Assembly (NCBI RefSeq): GCF_009914755.1
Contig: NC_060928.1
Source of the DNA: the human T2T-CHM13v2.0 reference genome, Homo sapiens
Reading direction: 5' to 3' (one strand)
Length of the DNA stretch: 64,000 bases
Below the pieces are notes generated by a model. That model worked only from the letters and a program-made list of their open reading frames with translations, searched no databases and was not told the origin of the DNA. Position 1 is the stretch's first letter; each line of letters begins with the position of its first letter. Both the position numbers and the translations under genes were made by a program. This document shows positions 1 to 17,543 of this stretch, in pieces.

Positions 1-350
1 AAGTAGAAATATTAGTTTGAGAATATGGGACTTGGAATTTGGTAAGATGATGGAAGTTGTCAGCATTCAGAGAAGAAAATGAAGTTCTGAAAAAGGAGGA
101 TGATCTCTAATAGCGTGTATGGTAAAAGGTTAGAGGACTGAACTCTGTTGGCCATTCCCAGGGAGAGAGACGGGAGGAAGGAGCCAGTAAGTGAAACAAG
201 GAAATAATCAGCAAGGGAGAAGGGTTTTAAGATCTTTTTAAGATGGAGAAAACAAAAGCACAATGTGGCACAATGTGGGTTTTCTGATAGTAAAGGGGGA
301 GACTTTACAGAGCGTAGTGCCACATGTTACTAAGAAGTCAGGGAAGGTAA
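1..350 (-). mobile_element. Degraded L2 LINE fragment
   Basis: Purine-rich sequence resembling the reverse L2 3' region; highly diverged. Confidence 0.4.
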
Positions 351-1209
351 GCCCTTTAAAAAAAAATCATAGTTATTTAAAGAAATATTGTTTAAATTCC
401 TACAGGACTTTGGACAACATGCAGAAGTAGTTCAGGTATCTTGTTTAGCATTAAGGAAGTGAGAGTGTGCTTGTGTTGTTAGCTTCATCTTGTCGTATAC
501 CCAAATTTTGTGATACCTCAAAATGCAGAGACCGAAAATGTTCATAAATGTACTTTAATGAGATTTCTCAAAGTGAGTTATTGTTTGGAGTTGGTTAACT
601 CTGTATCACGTATTTCGATCCTCTTTATAATGTTGGCTAAATGTTTGTTAAAGAAAAGTAGTGGAAAGGAAGATATATGAAAACAATTAGATGTTACCTT
701 CTTGTAAGTCACATTGACCTTATTCAATACCAAGTAATCATTAGACTTTTAATTTTACGGAACAACAAATTTGCCGTGGGGAGGTTTAAGACCAATGGAT
801 CAACTATATAAACTGTACTAGCACTAGGTTTTTGCATGCTCTTCAGAGGAAATGCTTTTCCTTGTGTCTATGCATTAATCATTTACCTTTCCCAGAGTTT
901 TGTAATGTTTAATTCCAGTGCTTCAGGGATTGTGTTTTTATGTGCAGATTTAATAGGTGGAGTTGGGGGTGTGGGCAGATATAGGACAGAATTAGAGAGA
1001 ATGCTTTTCTTGGTTTTGTGGTGGCGGTTTTGTTGTCTGATGTATAATCATAAAGGCTAAAGAACATTTGTGCTTTAAATCCTATGGATCACACAAAAAA
1101 TCTAATGAGAAAAGCCCTATCTTTTGATTGCTTAGCGATAAACATGTTTATAAAAAATGTATTCTTAGTCTCCACCTTGTTTATTCTGTCATTAACAATT
1201 TTTATTTAG

Positions 1210-1811
1210 AACGCATGCTGATTCTGCAAAATCCACCTCTTCTGAAACAGACTGCAATGATAACGTCCCTTCTCATAAAAATCCTGCTTCCTCCCAGAGC
1301 AAACATGGAATGAATGGCTTTTTTCAGCAGCAAATGATATACGACTCTCCACCTTCACGTGCCCCATCTGCTTCAGTTGACTCCAGCCTTTATAACCTGC
1401 CCAGGAGTTATTCCCATGATGTTTTACCAAAGGTGTCTCCATCAAGTACTGAAGCAGATGGAGAACTCTATGTTTTTAATACCCCATCTGGGACATCGAG
1501 TGTAGAGACTCAAATGAGGCATGTATCTATTAGTTATGACATTCCTCCAACACCTGGTAATACTTATCAGATTCCACGAACATTTCCAGAAGGAACCTTG
1601 GGACAGACATCAAAGCTAGACACTATTCCAGATATTCCTCCACCTCGGCCACCGAAACCACATCCAGCTCATGACCGATCTCCTGTGGAAACGTGTAGTA
1701 TCCCACGCACCGCCTCAGACACTGACAGTAGTTACTGTATCCCTACAGCAGGGATGTCGCCTTCACGTAGTAATACCATTTCCACTGTGGATTTAAACAA
1801 ATTGCGAAAAG
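1210..1811 (+). CDS. GAB1: GAB1 coding exon (602 nt): THADSAKST...YNLP...YDIP...YQIP...PPPRPPKP...DLNKLRK
   Basis: Acceptor tttatttAG ends at 1209 and donor G|GTcagc starts at 1812. The translation matches human GAB1, with YxxP Crk/PLC-gamma motifs and a Grb2-SH3 proline motif. Confidence 0.97.
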
Positions 1812-3012
1812 GTCAGCTCTAGTTGACTTCTTCTCTATTAGAGGTTAATGATAGAAAATCGATTTTTCTGAATATTTGTTCTTTTAAGCGTAGTTAAATA
1901 TACTATGCTACAAAATACAGTCCATTTTTTTCCAGCTCTACAGCTACCTGGAAGGGTATATTGCATTCATGCTCTGCTGGAAGGGAAAAAGAGTTGGAGT
2001 TTCTCACCCCTGAAGAAGTATGGCCTTAGTAATGCCTTCCTGCCTCAGGAAGTGTGCCCTTCTCTCTCCCACTTTCTATAATCCTGGGTGGATAGGCCCT
2101 CTGTTGGGACAGAAGGGCAGGAAATGGACCAGCCACAAAGCCTCTCCGAGTCATACCCTTTCCTGTATTTGTGTGCCATTATGGCCGCTTCTAAGTCACA
2201 TCTGTTGGGCTCTATTTCCTTCCTTCCTATATAAGCAGTTTTTATGTTGTGTCTAACAGGTGATATTCTGTTCCAGTCAAGCCATTATGCTGTTTGATTT
2301 TTACTTGTGTTTAAAGAGCTGAATCTTCTTTCCCCTTATCACTACCCACTTCACTCATTGCTAGTGAGTATACTTTCCTATACTGTCTCCTAGAGTCTGT
2401 ATCCAAAAGTTACAGACCTTGAGAGGAGAAGAAAAAAATGAGTCTGGGTGATTCTCTGAGATTCTCAAAGTCCTACAAATAGAAAGCTAAAGTTTTTAAT
2501 GCACATATCCTAAACAGTATGTGCTAAAATTTCTGTATTTTGTGGTAGAGTTTTCCTCAGCTATCTCCAAGATTTTAATGTATCTGTGATTATTACTTAA
2601 ATCAGTACTTATTTCACCATTCAATAACAGTATCTAACTCCTTTCTTGAAGTGACTGTATAACCTGGTTATCAGTTAGTGAGATGTAAGTTATGCCCAAG
2701 GTGGTGCAAACGATGAGAAAATAGAGGTGTTTCTCTTCATCTTTAGATAACCTATCTTATCCCAGACTTAGACATTCACTCACACTCAAAATTAGATATT
2801 GGTATTGGTTAGCATATGAGTGAGTGTCTGCATTTTCTAGTGGTTTAATATGCCAATTCAAGACACAGTTCTATGAGCATCCTTTTTAAAATTCTGTGTG
2901 TGTGCATGTGTGTATGCATATGTATAATGAGAGAAAGATAATAGGTCATCCCAATGACCCTGAGAGCTGGCAAAGATGGGAATAAATGTTGATAGTTTGT
3001 TCTTTATTTTAG

Positions 3013-3098
3013 ATGCTAGTTCTCAAGACTGCTATGATATTCCACGAGCATTTCCAAGTGATAGATCTAGTTCACTTGAAGGCTTCCATAACCACTTT
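3013..3098 (+). CDS. GAB1: GAB1 coding exon (86 nt): (D)[28 protein letters not shown]
   Basis: Acceptor tctttattttAG, donor GTaagt at 3099. Phase 1 joins the previous exon in frame. Too short for the ORF track. Confidence 0.96.
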
Positions 3099-3289
3099 GT
3101 AAGTATAATTGACCTTGGCATCATCAAGTGTATTTCATTGTCTAAATCTTCATAATTAGTGCCATGAGACTAAGTGATATCATGAAATAAAAGTACGCTG
3201 AGATCCATATGAATGAGTGTGACTTACAATTGTGTTTTCATGTGTGACAAGAGTTTTTGTTTATTAAAAGAAATATATATGTGTTTTAG

Positions 3290-3593
3290 AAAGTCAAAAA
3301 TGTGTTGACAGTGGGAAGTGTTTCAAGTGAAGAACTGGATGAAAATTACGTCCCAATGAATCCCAATTCACCACCACGACAACATTCCAGCAGTTTTACA
3401 GAACCAATTCAGGAAGCAAATTATGTGCCAATGACTCCAGGAACATTTGATTTTTCCTCATTTGGAATGCAAGTTCCTCCTCCTGCTCATATGGGCTTCA
3501 GGTCCAGCCCAAAAACCCCTCCCAGAAGGCCAGTTCCTGTTGCAGACTGTGAACCACCCCCCGTGGATAGGAACCTCAAGCCAGACAGAAAAG
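3290..3593 (+). CDS. GAB1: GAB1 coding exon (304 nt) with two YVPM PI3K-p85 sites, the Met-binding site [13 protein letters not shown] and the Grb2 site [10 protein letters not shown]
   Basis: Acceptor gtgttttAG, donor AAG|GTaagg at 3594. ORF 3302..3616 overlaps it. Confidence 0.97.
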
Positions 3594-3817
3594 GTAAGGA
3601 GAGCATGGCAAAGTAAAAGGCTTGGGGAGTGCCAAGTTAGATCTATCTTTAACTGCCATTAAATCCAAAATAGAATTTGGACTAGAAATTCTGAAATATT
3701 TCATAGTTCCATAGCCATCAAGTTATTTAAGCAAAGCAGTACTGCCATTTATAAATTAACAATTATGATATCACATGTTGATGTGAGGTGATATTTATAA
3801 GTCTCCTATCTCTAGAG

Positions 3818-4137
3818 CAGAGGTTACAAGCTGAAATACTCACGGGGTGAGCGGACAACTGGGGAGAATTAGAAGAAACTGGACTGCCGTAGCCCCATCT
3901 AATGGGAGTAACTAACCTACACTGCTACAATCCTTTGTTGACTTGTGAAATGATGCACCCATGCAGGCAAATCTTCTGGTATATCAGGAAAAGCCAGAGA
4001 TTTCAGATTTTATATGTATTATCTCTCAATTTTTAAAGTTCTATCAACTAATTTAATTATTAAGAAAACATTGCAGGCCAACCCAAACACTTCTGCAAGC
4101 TAGATAATGGCCTTCAGCTGCTATTTAGTAACCTCTT
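3818..4137. mobile_element. hAT-Charlie non-autonomous DNA transposon (MER102-like)
   Basis: Imperfect TIRs cagaggttacaa/ttagtaacctctt. 8-bp TSD ctctagag (3810-3817) and ctccagag (4138-4145). Confidence 0.7.
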
Positions 4138-6155
4138 CTCCAGAGTATATAATATCAAATCAGACTTAAGATTATTAATGTATTTGACATAATTATTTAA
4201 GAACAGTGAGACTGTATAATCTTTCCATTCTGTTCATATAACAACTTCTTAAAAATTACTTTGCCTTTGCTGGGGTAATACATGCTTCTAGTCTGTCATT
4301 TTTTTTTCCATGCTGGCCTTCATAAGTAACATTAAGTTCTAAGGTAACATAGTTTGTTAAGAAGTCTGTAAAAGAAACTGTTCAGCCAAATTGGGTAATG
4401 CCTACCCAGGTTTTTTAAATTGGGGTTTAAGTTGTTAAAACACAGACAATTTGATTTGTTGCACCATGCTGTTAGTGTGGCTTAATCTTGACAACCAAGT
4501 AAATTAGCATAAATGTAAATGTGATGAATGATACAATATCTGGCTTACATTAGGGTGTTTCAGCACATTTGAAAAGTCTCATGTGCTATATGTAGCTTTT
4601 TAAGACCACATAATGTTGGCATCAATTTCTCCTTAACCTGGGCTTAGATCATTAATATTAGTTCTAATTAAGTCCTAGTTGTGAGGAAAAGAGACTGAGG
4701 CTCAGACTATCTTAAGAAAAAAGATTTGGTTTTGTTTGTAAGTAAGGATAACCTCCTCGTTTCAACAGGAGGTTAACCTCCTTCAACAAGGAGGTTATCA
4801 GGAACTGAAGCAATTCTAGGGGACTGTTGCTGTGTCCTGCTCTCTCTGTGCATTTCTGTTTTATGGGAAATCTTTGCATCTGGTTTGTTCTCTTTCACAT
4901 TCTTCCCTTCTTTTCTGTTTTCTTTTCTGATTCTTTTTTGTTTTCTTACTCTGTATCCTCTACTTAAATGGATTCTGCTTTCCAAGAGCTTTGGCCTCCA
5001 ATGCTCCCCTTCTATGGCCTCAGTTCTGCCTCCTAGCTGCTTTTTATGTGCCCTTGCAGCTTCTGCATCAGCTTCTCATTGCCTTACTTATTATTTACTC
5101 ACTTTAGATTGCTTAGAGATGATGTGATTGGTCTATGTGTGTCACACCCACGACGACCCAGTCTGCCCTGGCAGCAGGGCTGTGATTGCGGTGTGGATCT
5201 CAGAAAGGATGTGAGCATCAGAGGCTTTCTATCGGATAATGCTTCCTTTTGTTTCCTTTTTCTTTGTCTCTAAATCTATTTTAGACAACTACTAGTCATT
5301 TTCTTTGCATATAATATGCAAAAATATGTTTGGACATGTATAGCTTTATAATTGGTTCATACAGATCACTGAAGGATTGAGATATAAGTGTCATGAACTC
5401 TTTGAAATATTGAAATATCTTTTTTAATGTTAAACTGGTGCTTTCCTTATTTTCCAGTAACGAGTGCATGTTAGTGGCAGATCTCTACTTTTTAACTCCA
5501 AACCTAACAGTTTTATATTTTGAGGTCTCGCATAAATGTGGAGGGAGTAAGATTTGGGTGAGGTTACAAAGCTTTTAAGTCCTACCTCCCTTGCTCCTCT
5601 GCTGCTCTTTTCTCCCCTTGAGCTCTGTAGAGCACAGTTTGAAAACTCCAGTATATTTCAACAGTTGTGATTCCATGTGGTAAGCATAATATGAAATCAG
5701 GAAACACCACTGTTTATAAGTTAGAAAAGACCTAAGATCAATTAATGATTAGCTTTTAGTATCCTCTAGGTCTGATATCACTCATGTATCCCACATTATT
5801 ATGATATATATTTTATGTATATATCAGAATATATACTATGTATCATGTATACTACATATTTTATAATTATACATCCCTATGTATTTAGTGAAAGTACTAT
5901 TATTCTAGTACACTAGAGACTAATCACACTAGTTCTTTAACGTAAAAGAACTTAATAGAACAGAATAAAGTAGGTTCTTATTTCTGGAGATTGTGTTCAT
6001 TCTTTTAAAATTTAACTGAACTGTTCAGAGACAATTGTGAGTTCGTTGGCCACATTATTTATTTGGCATATTTGCTTAGATACAAAATGAACTTAAAAAG
6101 AGCACCCAGATTGAAATACCCATATAGTTTTTGCCAGAATCAAGAATAGACTTAG

Positions 6156-6526
<371 letters not shown>

Positions 6527-6606
6527 TGTACTATTCTACTTTTTAAATAGTTATGATACAGGAGAGGAGGCTTGAGAATGTATTTAACATTACAAGGCAG
6601 ACTTTG

Positions 6607-6664
6607 TAAACTCACTTTACAAAGTTATGACTTCATAAACTCACTTTACAAAGTTATAACTTCA
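6607..6664. repeat. 29-bp tandem duplication (2 copies, 1 mismatch)
   Basis: taaactcactttacaaagttat(g/a)acttca x2. Confidence 0.95.
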
Positions 6665-7804
6665 AGAAAAACACATTTTAAAATCCAAATTCAGATCTCA
6701 AAGCAAAGTTTATCCACAAACACTTAAACAAAAATAATGTCTCGTTTGGTCCTATAATTTTTCTCAGTATTCATAGCATCAGATGAATCTATTTTAATTT
6801 CAAATTTCATGACATCAGATAAATGACTTAATCTATTATTCAGTATCTCTTATATAAAACTCATTATAAGCAAATCTAATTCTATAAAATATGGCTTGAT
6901 TAGTTTCAGAGCTCCATATAACTAGTTCATTGCCCTATATGTCTGGTTTTTGAGATTGTCTTTGGAAGGATCTATAAGAAACCAGTAACATTCTAGTCTT
7001 GTTTATAGCCCCAATTATAGATGTCAGCTGCTGTAGTTTGCATACAGATGAGCTTTTCAAATACTTATGAGTAATTGAAACTGCAGAAATACATAGATGT
7101 TCTGAACACTTAAACATAATTATCTTAGACCCTTTGCCTGTCACTCAATTCATGATAGTGATATTTTCATCATACTATTTCTGTCACTGTAGTGTTTGTT
7201 TTGAGCCAAGTTTTGTGTGTATTAAGAGAAACGTATTTTAAGCATACTGTATTAAATATTGGGAAAGCAGATGAGTCACTGGAAATACAGGACAAATTAT
7301 ATTTTGACCTCTTCAATTGAAAATTTTATATTTCTGATGGAAAGGGAGTTTTGTAAAGTTTGGGAAATTTATCTGTTATAGCTTCTCTTTATGTCATGAC
7401 ATAAATCTAGTATATTAAATCGCTAAACTTATCTAAGGCCCCCATCTCTGTCTAGTCTCTGTCTAGCATGATGCAGCAGCTGTGTGAGCCCCACATGCTG
7501 TCTTTATGTTGTTATGTTTGGCCTTGTCCATTCACGCCTTTCTGCAACAGTCTGAACATTAGTTACTATACTGACTTTTTTTTGTTAAGCCAGTGCAAGG
7601 TTTTGTATGGTGTTTTTATACACCACTTTGGTTAAAGTACCTTCAAGCTTAGATCCTTAATATTGTGTGGGGAGCATACAGAAGACTAATCCTGAGAGTT
7701 TCCCTGGGTGACTCTTTTGGCACAGTGATGGATTTGCTCTAAACATTTTTTCAAGAGATCTTTTAAAGTTTCTGAATGTGATTAAAAATTAACATGCACT
7801 TTTT

Positions 7805-8994
7805 AAAATTTTTATTCTTTTGTATTTCAATTTTTATTTTAGTTTTAGGGGGGTGCATGTGCAGGTTTGTTACCTGTGTATATTGTGCGATGCTGAGATT
7901 TAGGGTATGAATGATCCTGTCACTCAGGAACTGAACATAGCACCCAATCGTTAGTTTTTCAACCCTTTCCACCTGCCTCCTTCCCCTCTCTGGTAGTACC
8001 CAGTGTCTGTTGTTGCCATCTTTATGTCCATGTTTAGCTCTCACTTGTAAGTGAGAACATGTGATATTTGGTTTTCTGTTCCTGCGTTTATTTCCTTAGG
8101 ATAATGGCCTCCACCTGCATCTGTGTTGCTGCAAAGGAAATGATTTCATTCTTTTTATGGCTGTGTAGTATATGTACCACATTTTCTTGATCCAGTCCAC
8201 TGTTGATGGGCACCTAGGTTGATTCCATGTCTTTGCTATTGTAAACACTGCTGCAGTGAACATGCGAGTTCGTGTGTCTTTTTGGTAGAAAGATTTGTTT
8301 TCTTTTGGATATATACCCAGTAATGGAATTGCTAGGTTTAATGGTAGTTCTGTTTTAAGTTCTTTGAGAAGTCTCCAAACTGCTTTCCACAGTGGCTGAA
8401 CTAATTTTACATTCCCACCAGCAGTATATAAGCATTCCCTTTTCTTCACAGCCTCACCAGCATCTGTTGTTTTTTGACTTTTTAGTAATAGCTGTTTTGA
8501 CTAGTGTGAGATGATATCTCATTGTAGTTTTGATTTGCATTTCTCTGATGATTAGTGATGGAGTATTTTTTCATACATTTGTTGGCCACTTGTATGTCTC
8601 ATTTCTAGAAGTATCAGTTCATGTCTTTTACCCATTTTTTAATGGGGTTACTTGTTTTTTGCTTGTTGATTTGAGTTTCTTGTGGATTCTGGATATTACC
8701 TCTTTCTCAGATGCATAGTTTGTGCATATTTTCTCCCATTCTGTAGGTTGACTGTTTACTCTGTTGATAGTTTCTTTTGCTGTGCAAAACCTGTTTAGTT
8801 TAATTAGGTCCCACTTCTCAATTTCCGGTTTGTTGCAATTGCTTTTGAAGACTTGGTCATAATGCCTAGTTTCTTGAGGGTTATTATCAGGAGGAGACAT
8901 TGGATTTTATCGAAAGCTTTTTCCAGGTCTATTGAGATGATCATATGTTTTTTGTTTTTAATTGTTTACATGGTGAATCACATTTATTGATTTG
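7805..8994 (-). mobile_element. Older primate LINE-1 (L1PA15/16-like), 3' part, with internal deletion; its remaining piece is at 13119-13158
   Basis: L1 3'UTR and ORF2 C-terminal remnants (ORFs 8096..8449, 8628..8900). TSD attaacatgcacttttt (7788-7804) and attaacatgcttttt (13158-13172). Confidence 0.85.
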
Positions 8995-13121
<4,127 letters not shown>

Positions 13122-13819
13122 ACCACTTTGCACCTTAGGAGTAAAGCCTACTTGATCATTAACATGCTTTTTAAAAACTACATGTATACACTAATAAGTG
13201 TTTGGAGAATGTATGAGTAATACCAGTACATGAAACTAGATTTTGATAAACAGGTATTAAAGTTTAAATCTTAAGTCAAGCTTTGCGTTAGATTTGTTAC
13301 CGTTTAAAGGAAATAAGTATGGAGTGCATTTTTACAGCAGAGCCTTAATGTGGGGTTTTTTCCTCTCAATATTCTCTTGACTTCAAAGTATAATTATCAT
13401 TATTACATTTCTCTTTATACCATGAGACCATTAAAACTTATAAAAATTTTTCAGTTTTCTGCCTTCATTACTTTCTGGAATTAACAAATGATAATGTGAA
13501 TTACTTTTACTCTTTCTTGATTTTGGGGATGCCTACTGGAAGTAGTAGCATAATCTGCAAAACTTTGGGAAGAGTAAAAAATTTAGGCTTAAAAAAAATT
13601 TAGGCTTTGTAAAGCCTGTAATAATACAGAAAATAAAATGTCCACTTTGTGTGGAATTTATGTAAGTAGTTACCTATTAGAATAATGCATTAATAGATCA
13701 CATCTATTTAATTGAAATGTGACCTCACATGACTGCCTTGACTGTATTTGAGATGACCGACTTGAAATACCCTTAGAATTTAGTTCTTCCCTTTTTCCAT
13801 TTAAATGACAAGCAAAAAT

Positions 13820-14133
<314 letters not shown>

Positions 14134-14167
14134 TCAGGTTAAACACCACTAGCTTTAAGAGAAAGGC

Positions 14168-14805
14168 AGTTCATTAACATTCATACAACACAGATTTAAG
14201 CACCTATCAGTTACAGGATATAAATTCTCCAAACAAGGAAAAGGTTGCTCCCCTGAAGAAGCTCACCGTCCAGGACCCCTGAAGAAGCTCACCGTCTAGG
14301 AGGGGATGTGGAGAAGTAAACACATTATCATAATTACCGTGGAAGGGGCTGTGGTTGAAGTAAACTCTTGGCACTATTAGGGAAGCTCCCCTGAGGAAAG
14401 TCTGAGAGTGTGAGTGGCAATTAAATGATGGTAGGGGAGGGCAGCCTGGCAAAGGATCTTCTCGTTAGAATAAACAACATGCCCAGGTCCTTTAAAAAGA
14501 GGGGAGATGAGACAGGCCCAGAGTCGTGGGGAGGTAGGTGGGCGGGCAAAAAGGAGGGAGGAAAGTACCAAAGGAGGGACGAATGCCAGATGCCTTGCAG
14601 GTTCCTGGTCCTGAAGGAGTTATAATTTATGATAATGAGTTTGGACTTTATTCTGAGTGTACCATTAAAGAATTTTATGCAGGCACATAAACTTTAAGAT
14701 TTATATATTTAAATCTTAAGTCAAGCTTTGGGTTAGATTTGTTACCATTTAAAGGAAATAAGTATGGAGTGCATAATCAGAATGGCTCTAGAAAGCTCAT
14801 TCTGA
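14168..14805 (-). mobile_element. L2 LINE fragment containing a 26-bp tandem duplication and an 86-bp insertion
   Basis: ttcattaacattcatacaac...agcaccta and gagtttggactttattctgag...tagaaagctcattctg resemble the reverse L2 consensus. Confidence 0.65.
14250..14301. repeat. 26-bp tandem duplication
   Basis: cccctgaagaagctcaccgtc(c/t)agga x2. Confidence 0.95.
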
Positions 14806-15319
14806 TTTAAGAATACAATAGAGAAAATAATTGTATTCTTTAATGTAAAATGTTATAAAAATCACTTTTCTTTCTCAGAGAGTGCTTTGCCCAGTTTTCC
14901 AAATCCAGGGTTCTTGAAGTCTTTGTTGAGACAGGATCAAACAGGGAAGGCATAGCAAAAGTCCCCCTGTCTGGCTCCCTCAACTTGGGGAACTTAACAG
15001 TGATTTTTGGAAGTTTTGAGGCACTTGGAGTATAAGCGGAACTCATACAGCCATACAGTGCGAGTTCATCACTTTCAGAGAAACAAAACAGGTAAATGAA
15101 GTGCTCATTTAAAAAAAAAAAATCAGACAAACAATTTTTTATTTTCTGGTGTGAATGTCTGAAGCACGTCAGGGCCTTCATTTTAAAAGAGCACCCCGCT
15201 CTTTGCTGCTCTGTTTCTTAGGGTTGTGTGAAATCGTGGTGCTACATTAAGACTAGCTTTACGTTTTGCCTTGACATCAGTGTTTGCACAGGAAGTTTTT
15301 ATGCAGTTTGCAAGGCTAT

Positions 15320-15453
15320 TTTCTTTCTTTTTCTTTTAGAGACGGTTTCTCACTATGTTGCCCAGGATGGTCTCAAACTCCTGGGCTCAAGTGATCCTCC
15401 TGCCTCGGCCTCCCACAGTGTTGGGATTACAGGCGTAGCCACTGTGCGTGGCC
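15320..15453 (-). mobile_element. Alu monomer (FLAM_C-like)
   Basis: Left monomer only. TSD tgcaaggctatttt/tgcaatgctgtttt. Confidence 0.85.
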
Positions 15454-16949
15454 TGCAATGCTGTTTTGTTTGGCATACTTGGGGACGATTCCTTATAATT
15501 AAAATTGTCTCATTTTTTTTGAAGGGCTTTAGCTTTTAAGAGTTTAGAAGTGTCCTCCTCTGTAAGAGAGCAAAGCAAAGGGAGGGTATGAATCATATGC
15601 TGCACGCTCTTCTAGATGGCATATATTTTCTAGTTAGCGTGTTTTCATTTTTTTCTTTTAAAAACCATTAAAATAAGTTACAGTGATGAGGTTACAGTAT
15701 ACAGCAGTATATTAGAAAAATATTAGACCAAGAATCCAAAAAGCCAGAATTCATTTCTGGTAATACTATTAACAACCACTCCCTCCCATTAAATGACATT
15801 GGGCAAATCCGTTGACTTTTCTTCACATAAATTTTCTTATTTTAAAATGTAAAATTAGATCATCTCTAATCGTACTCCAAATTAGGGAGCAGATCACATG
15901 ATCAAGAGATTGATATTAACAACCCTCCTAAGGATTAAAGCACAGATAGAAATTTCCCCAGTAGTCAGTGCTCTTCACTAAATTATGCTGCACTCTTTGT
16001 TCAAACCAAGTCTAGCAAAAGCCAAGTTGTAACTAACTGCCTTGGACTTAAACATTCAGGCTCACATGAGTTCTCTATTTATTCTCAGAATTTAAGAGTC
16101 ACCAAAATTGGTTTATTTTTGCCTTTGCTTTAGTATTCTTATGTCTTATTATCTATTTTCACACTTTTCTTCAGCAATCAGTAAAACATTGGCCTATTAT
16201 ATACAGGCAGTAAAGGAGGAGAAAAGGCTAAGACAGGCCTCCTTACACCTTGGACTTTTTTTCTCGTTTCTTTCCGCTTAAGTAATATAGGGCTATTCTT
16301 TGGGCATGATTTTCATTTCTGTCTGGAACATTAATGTCAAATTGAGTTTGGAAGCATAGAGAAATCCAGCTAACAAAATGCCTAAGTAACATAGTACAAT
16401 TTAGTGCAACATTTCCACATTTTAGCTTCTGCCCTAAAATTAACCTTAAGCTTTGCACAGAGTAGAAAATACACGTAAATTTTATAAATGTATTTTTAAA
16501 AATTTCAATATGATTATATCATATTTTTCTAATACGAAAACCAAGGAATACCCTAGAAAAGGAGTACCCTTTTAGTACCCACCCCAGAAAAAAAGGTAAT
16601 GAAGATGAAGAAGAACTCGAGTGAAAGGCTTACTGATTTCATGCATCTGCTTTTGGCTCATACGAGTCTCCTTGGAACATGTGACATCTTTAAAAATTAC
16701 TTAATCCACATTGTCTTCATCATTACAATCACTTACATTTTATATATGTTTTCACTGTAACCAACAAGAAATTACTGGTCACGAAGGTAAACCCTTCAGA
16801 GAAATGTAACGATTTTACATCTCTGATGTTGGAAGCACTTAAAATTTAGTTGAGAGAACTTACTGTATACAAAAGCAACGCAATACAAATACTCTTCTAA
16901 GAGTAACTATAGTAAAGATTGTAGGTTTGAAATAAGGATATGGGACTAA

Positions 16950-17165
16950 GAACATGAACCCTCTCTCTAGATTCACAGAATTTAAATTCTAGCTCTACCA
17001 GTCATCATCTGTGTGACTCTGGGCAAGTTACTTAAGTTCTATAAGCCCCCAACCAGCTTGGTAATAAAATTATTAAAATTTCTTTTAAATTGTACCTTCC
17101 TTACATGGTTGTTGGGAGGTTTTAGAGTGTCTAGTACCTAAGAACTCCTCAATAAATGTTCATGA
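16950..17165 (+). mobile_element. MIR SINE
   Basis: Core ctgtgtgactctgggcaagttacttaa and 3' ctcaataaatgtt. Confidence 0.7.
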
Positions 17166-17490
17166 TTAAGTGTAATGGCATTTCTCTGGGCAGTCTTAGA
17201 GAATGTATTCTAACTTGAGCTTTGTGTAGAAATTAAAGTCACTGATTGATAAAGCAGTGATGGATATTGATAGTGAAAGAATGTAGAAAAGGGCTGAAAT
17301 TTTAAAGATGTACATGAGAAATAGAGAACAGAATGGTCTAGCCAGAGCAGAGCACAATTCAAGAGAAGAATGTGTTGTAAACACATCCGTATTCTTATGG
17401 CATTTCCATATTCTCCATGACTTCCCCAAATAAGTCATATGTATTCTGTGTTCTTGTCTGTAAAATCATTGCTATCTTGAAATGTAATTC

Positions 17491-17530
17491 ATTGAATAGA
17501 AGTAGCTGGATTGAATTGAAGTAGCTGGAT
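17491..17530. repeat. 19-bp tandem duplication
   Basis: attgaat(a/t)gaagtagctgg x2. Confidence 0.9.
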
Positions 17531-17543
17531 ACTATGTTGTACT

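Noticed and set aside
833-838. TGCATG upstream of the first exon as evidence for a muscle-specific exon in this intron
   Set aside because: It is a single hexamer, and I could not find a convincing exon in 1-1209.
1310-1822. 170-aa ORF as a standalone gene
   Set aside because: It is an internal Met within a GAB1 exon that runs past the splice donor at 1812.
3594-3663. Read-through GKESMAK-stop plus ATTAAA as a truncated isoform
   Set aside because: The donor AAG|GTAAGG is strong and the hexamer is expected by chance in AT-rich DNA.
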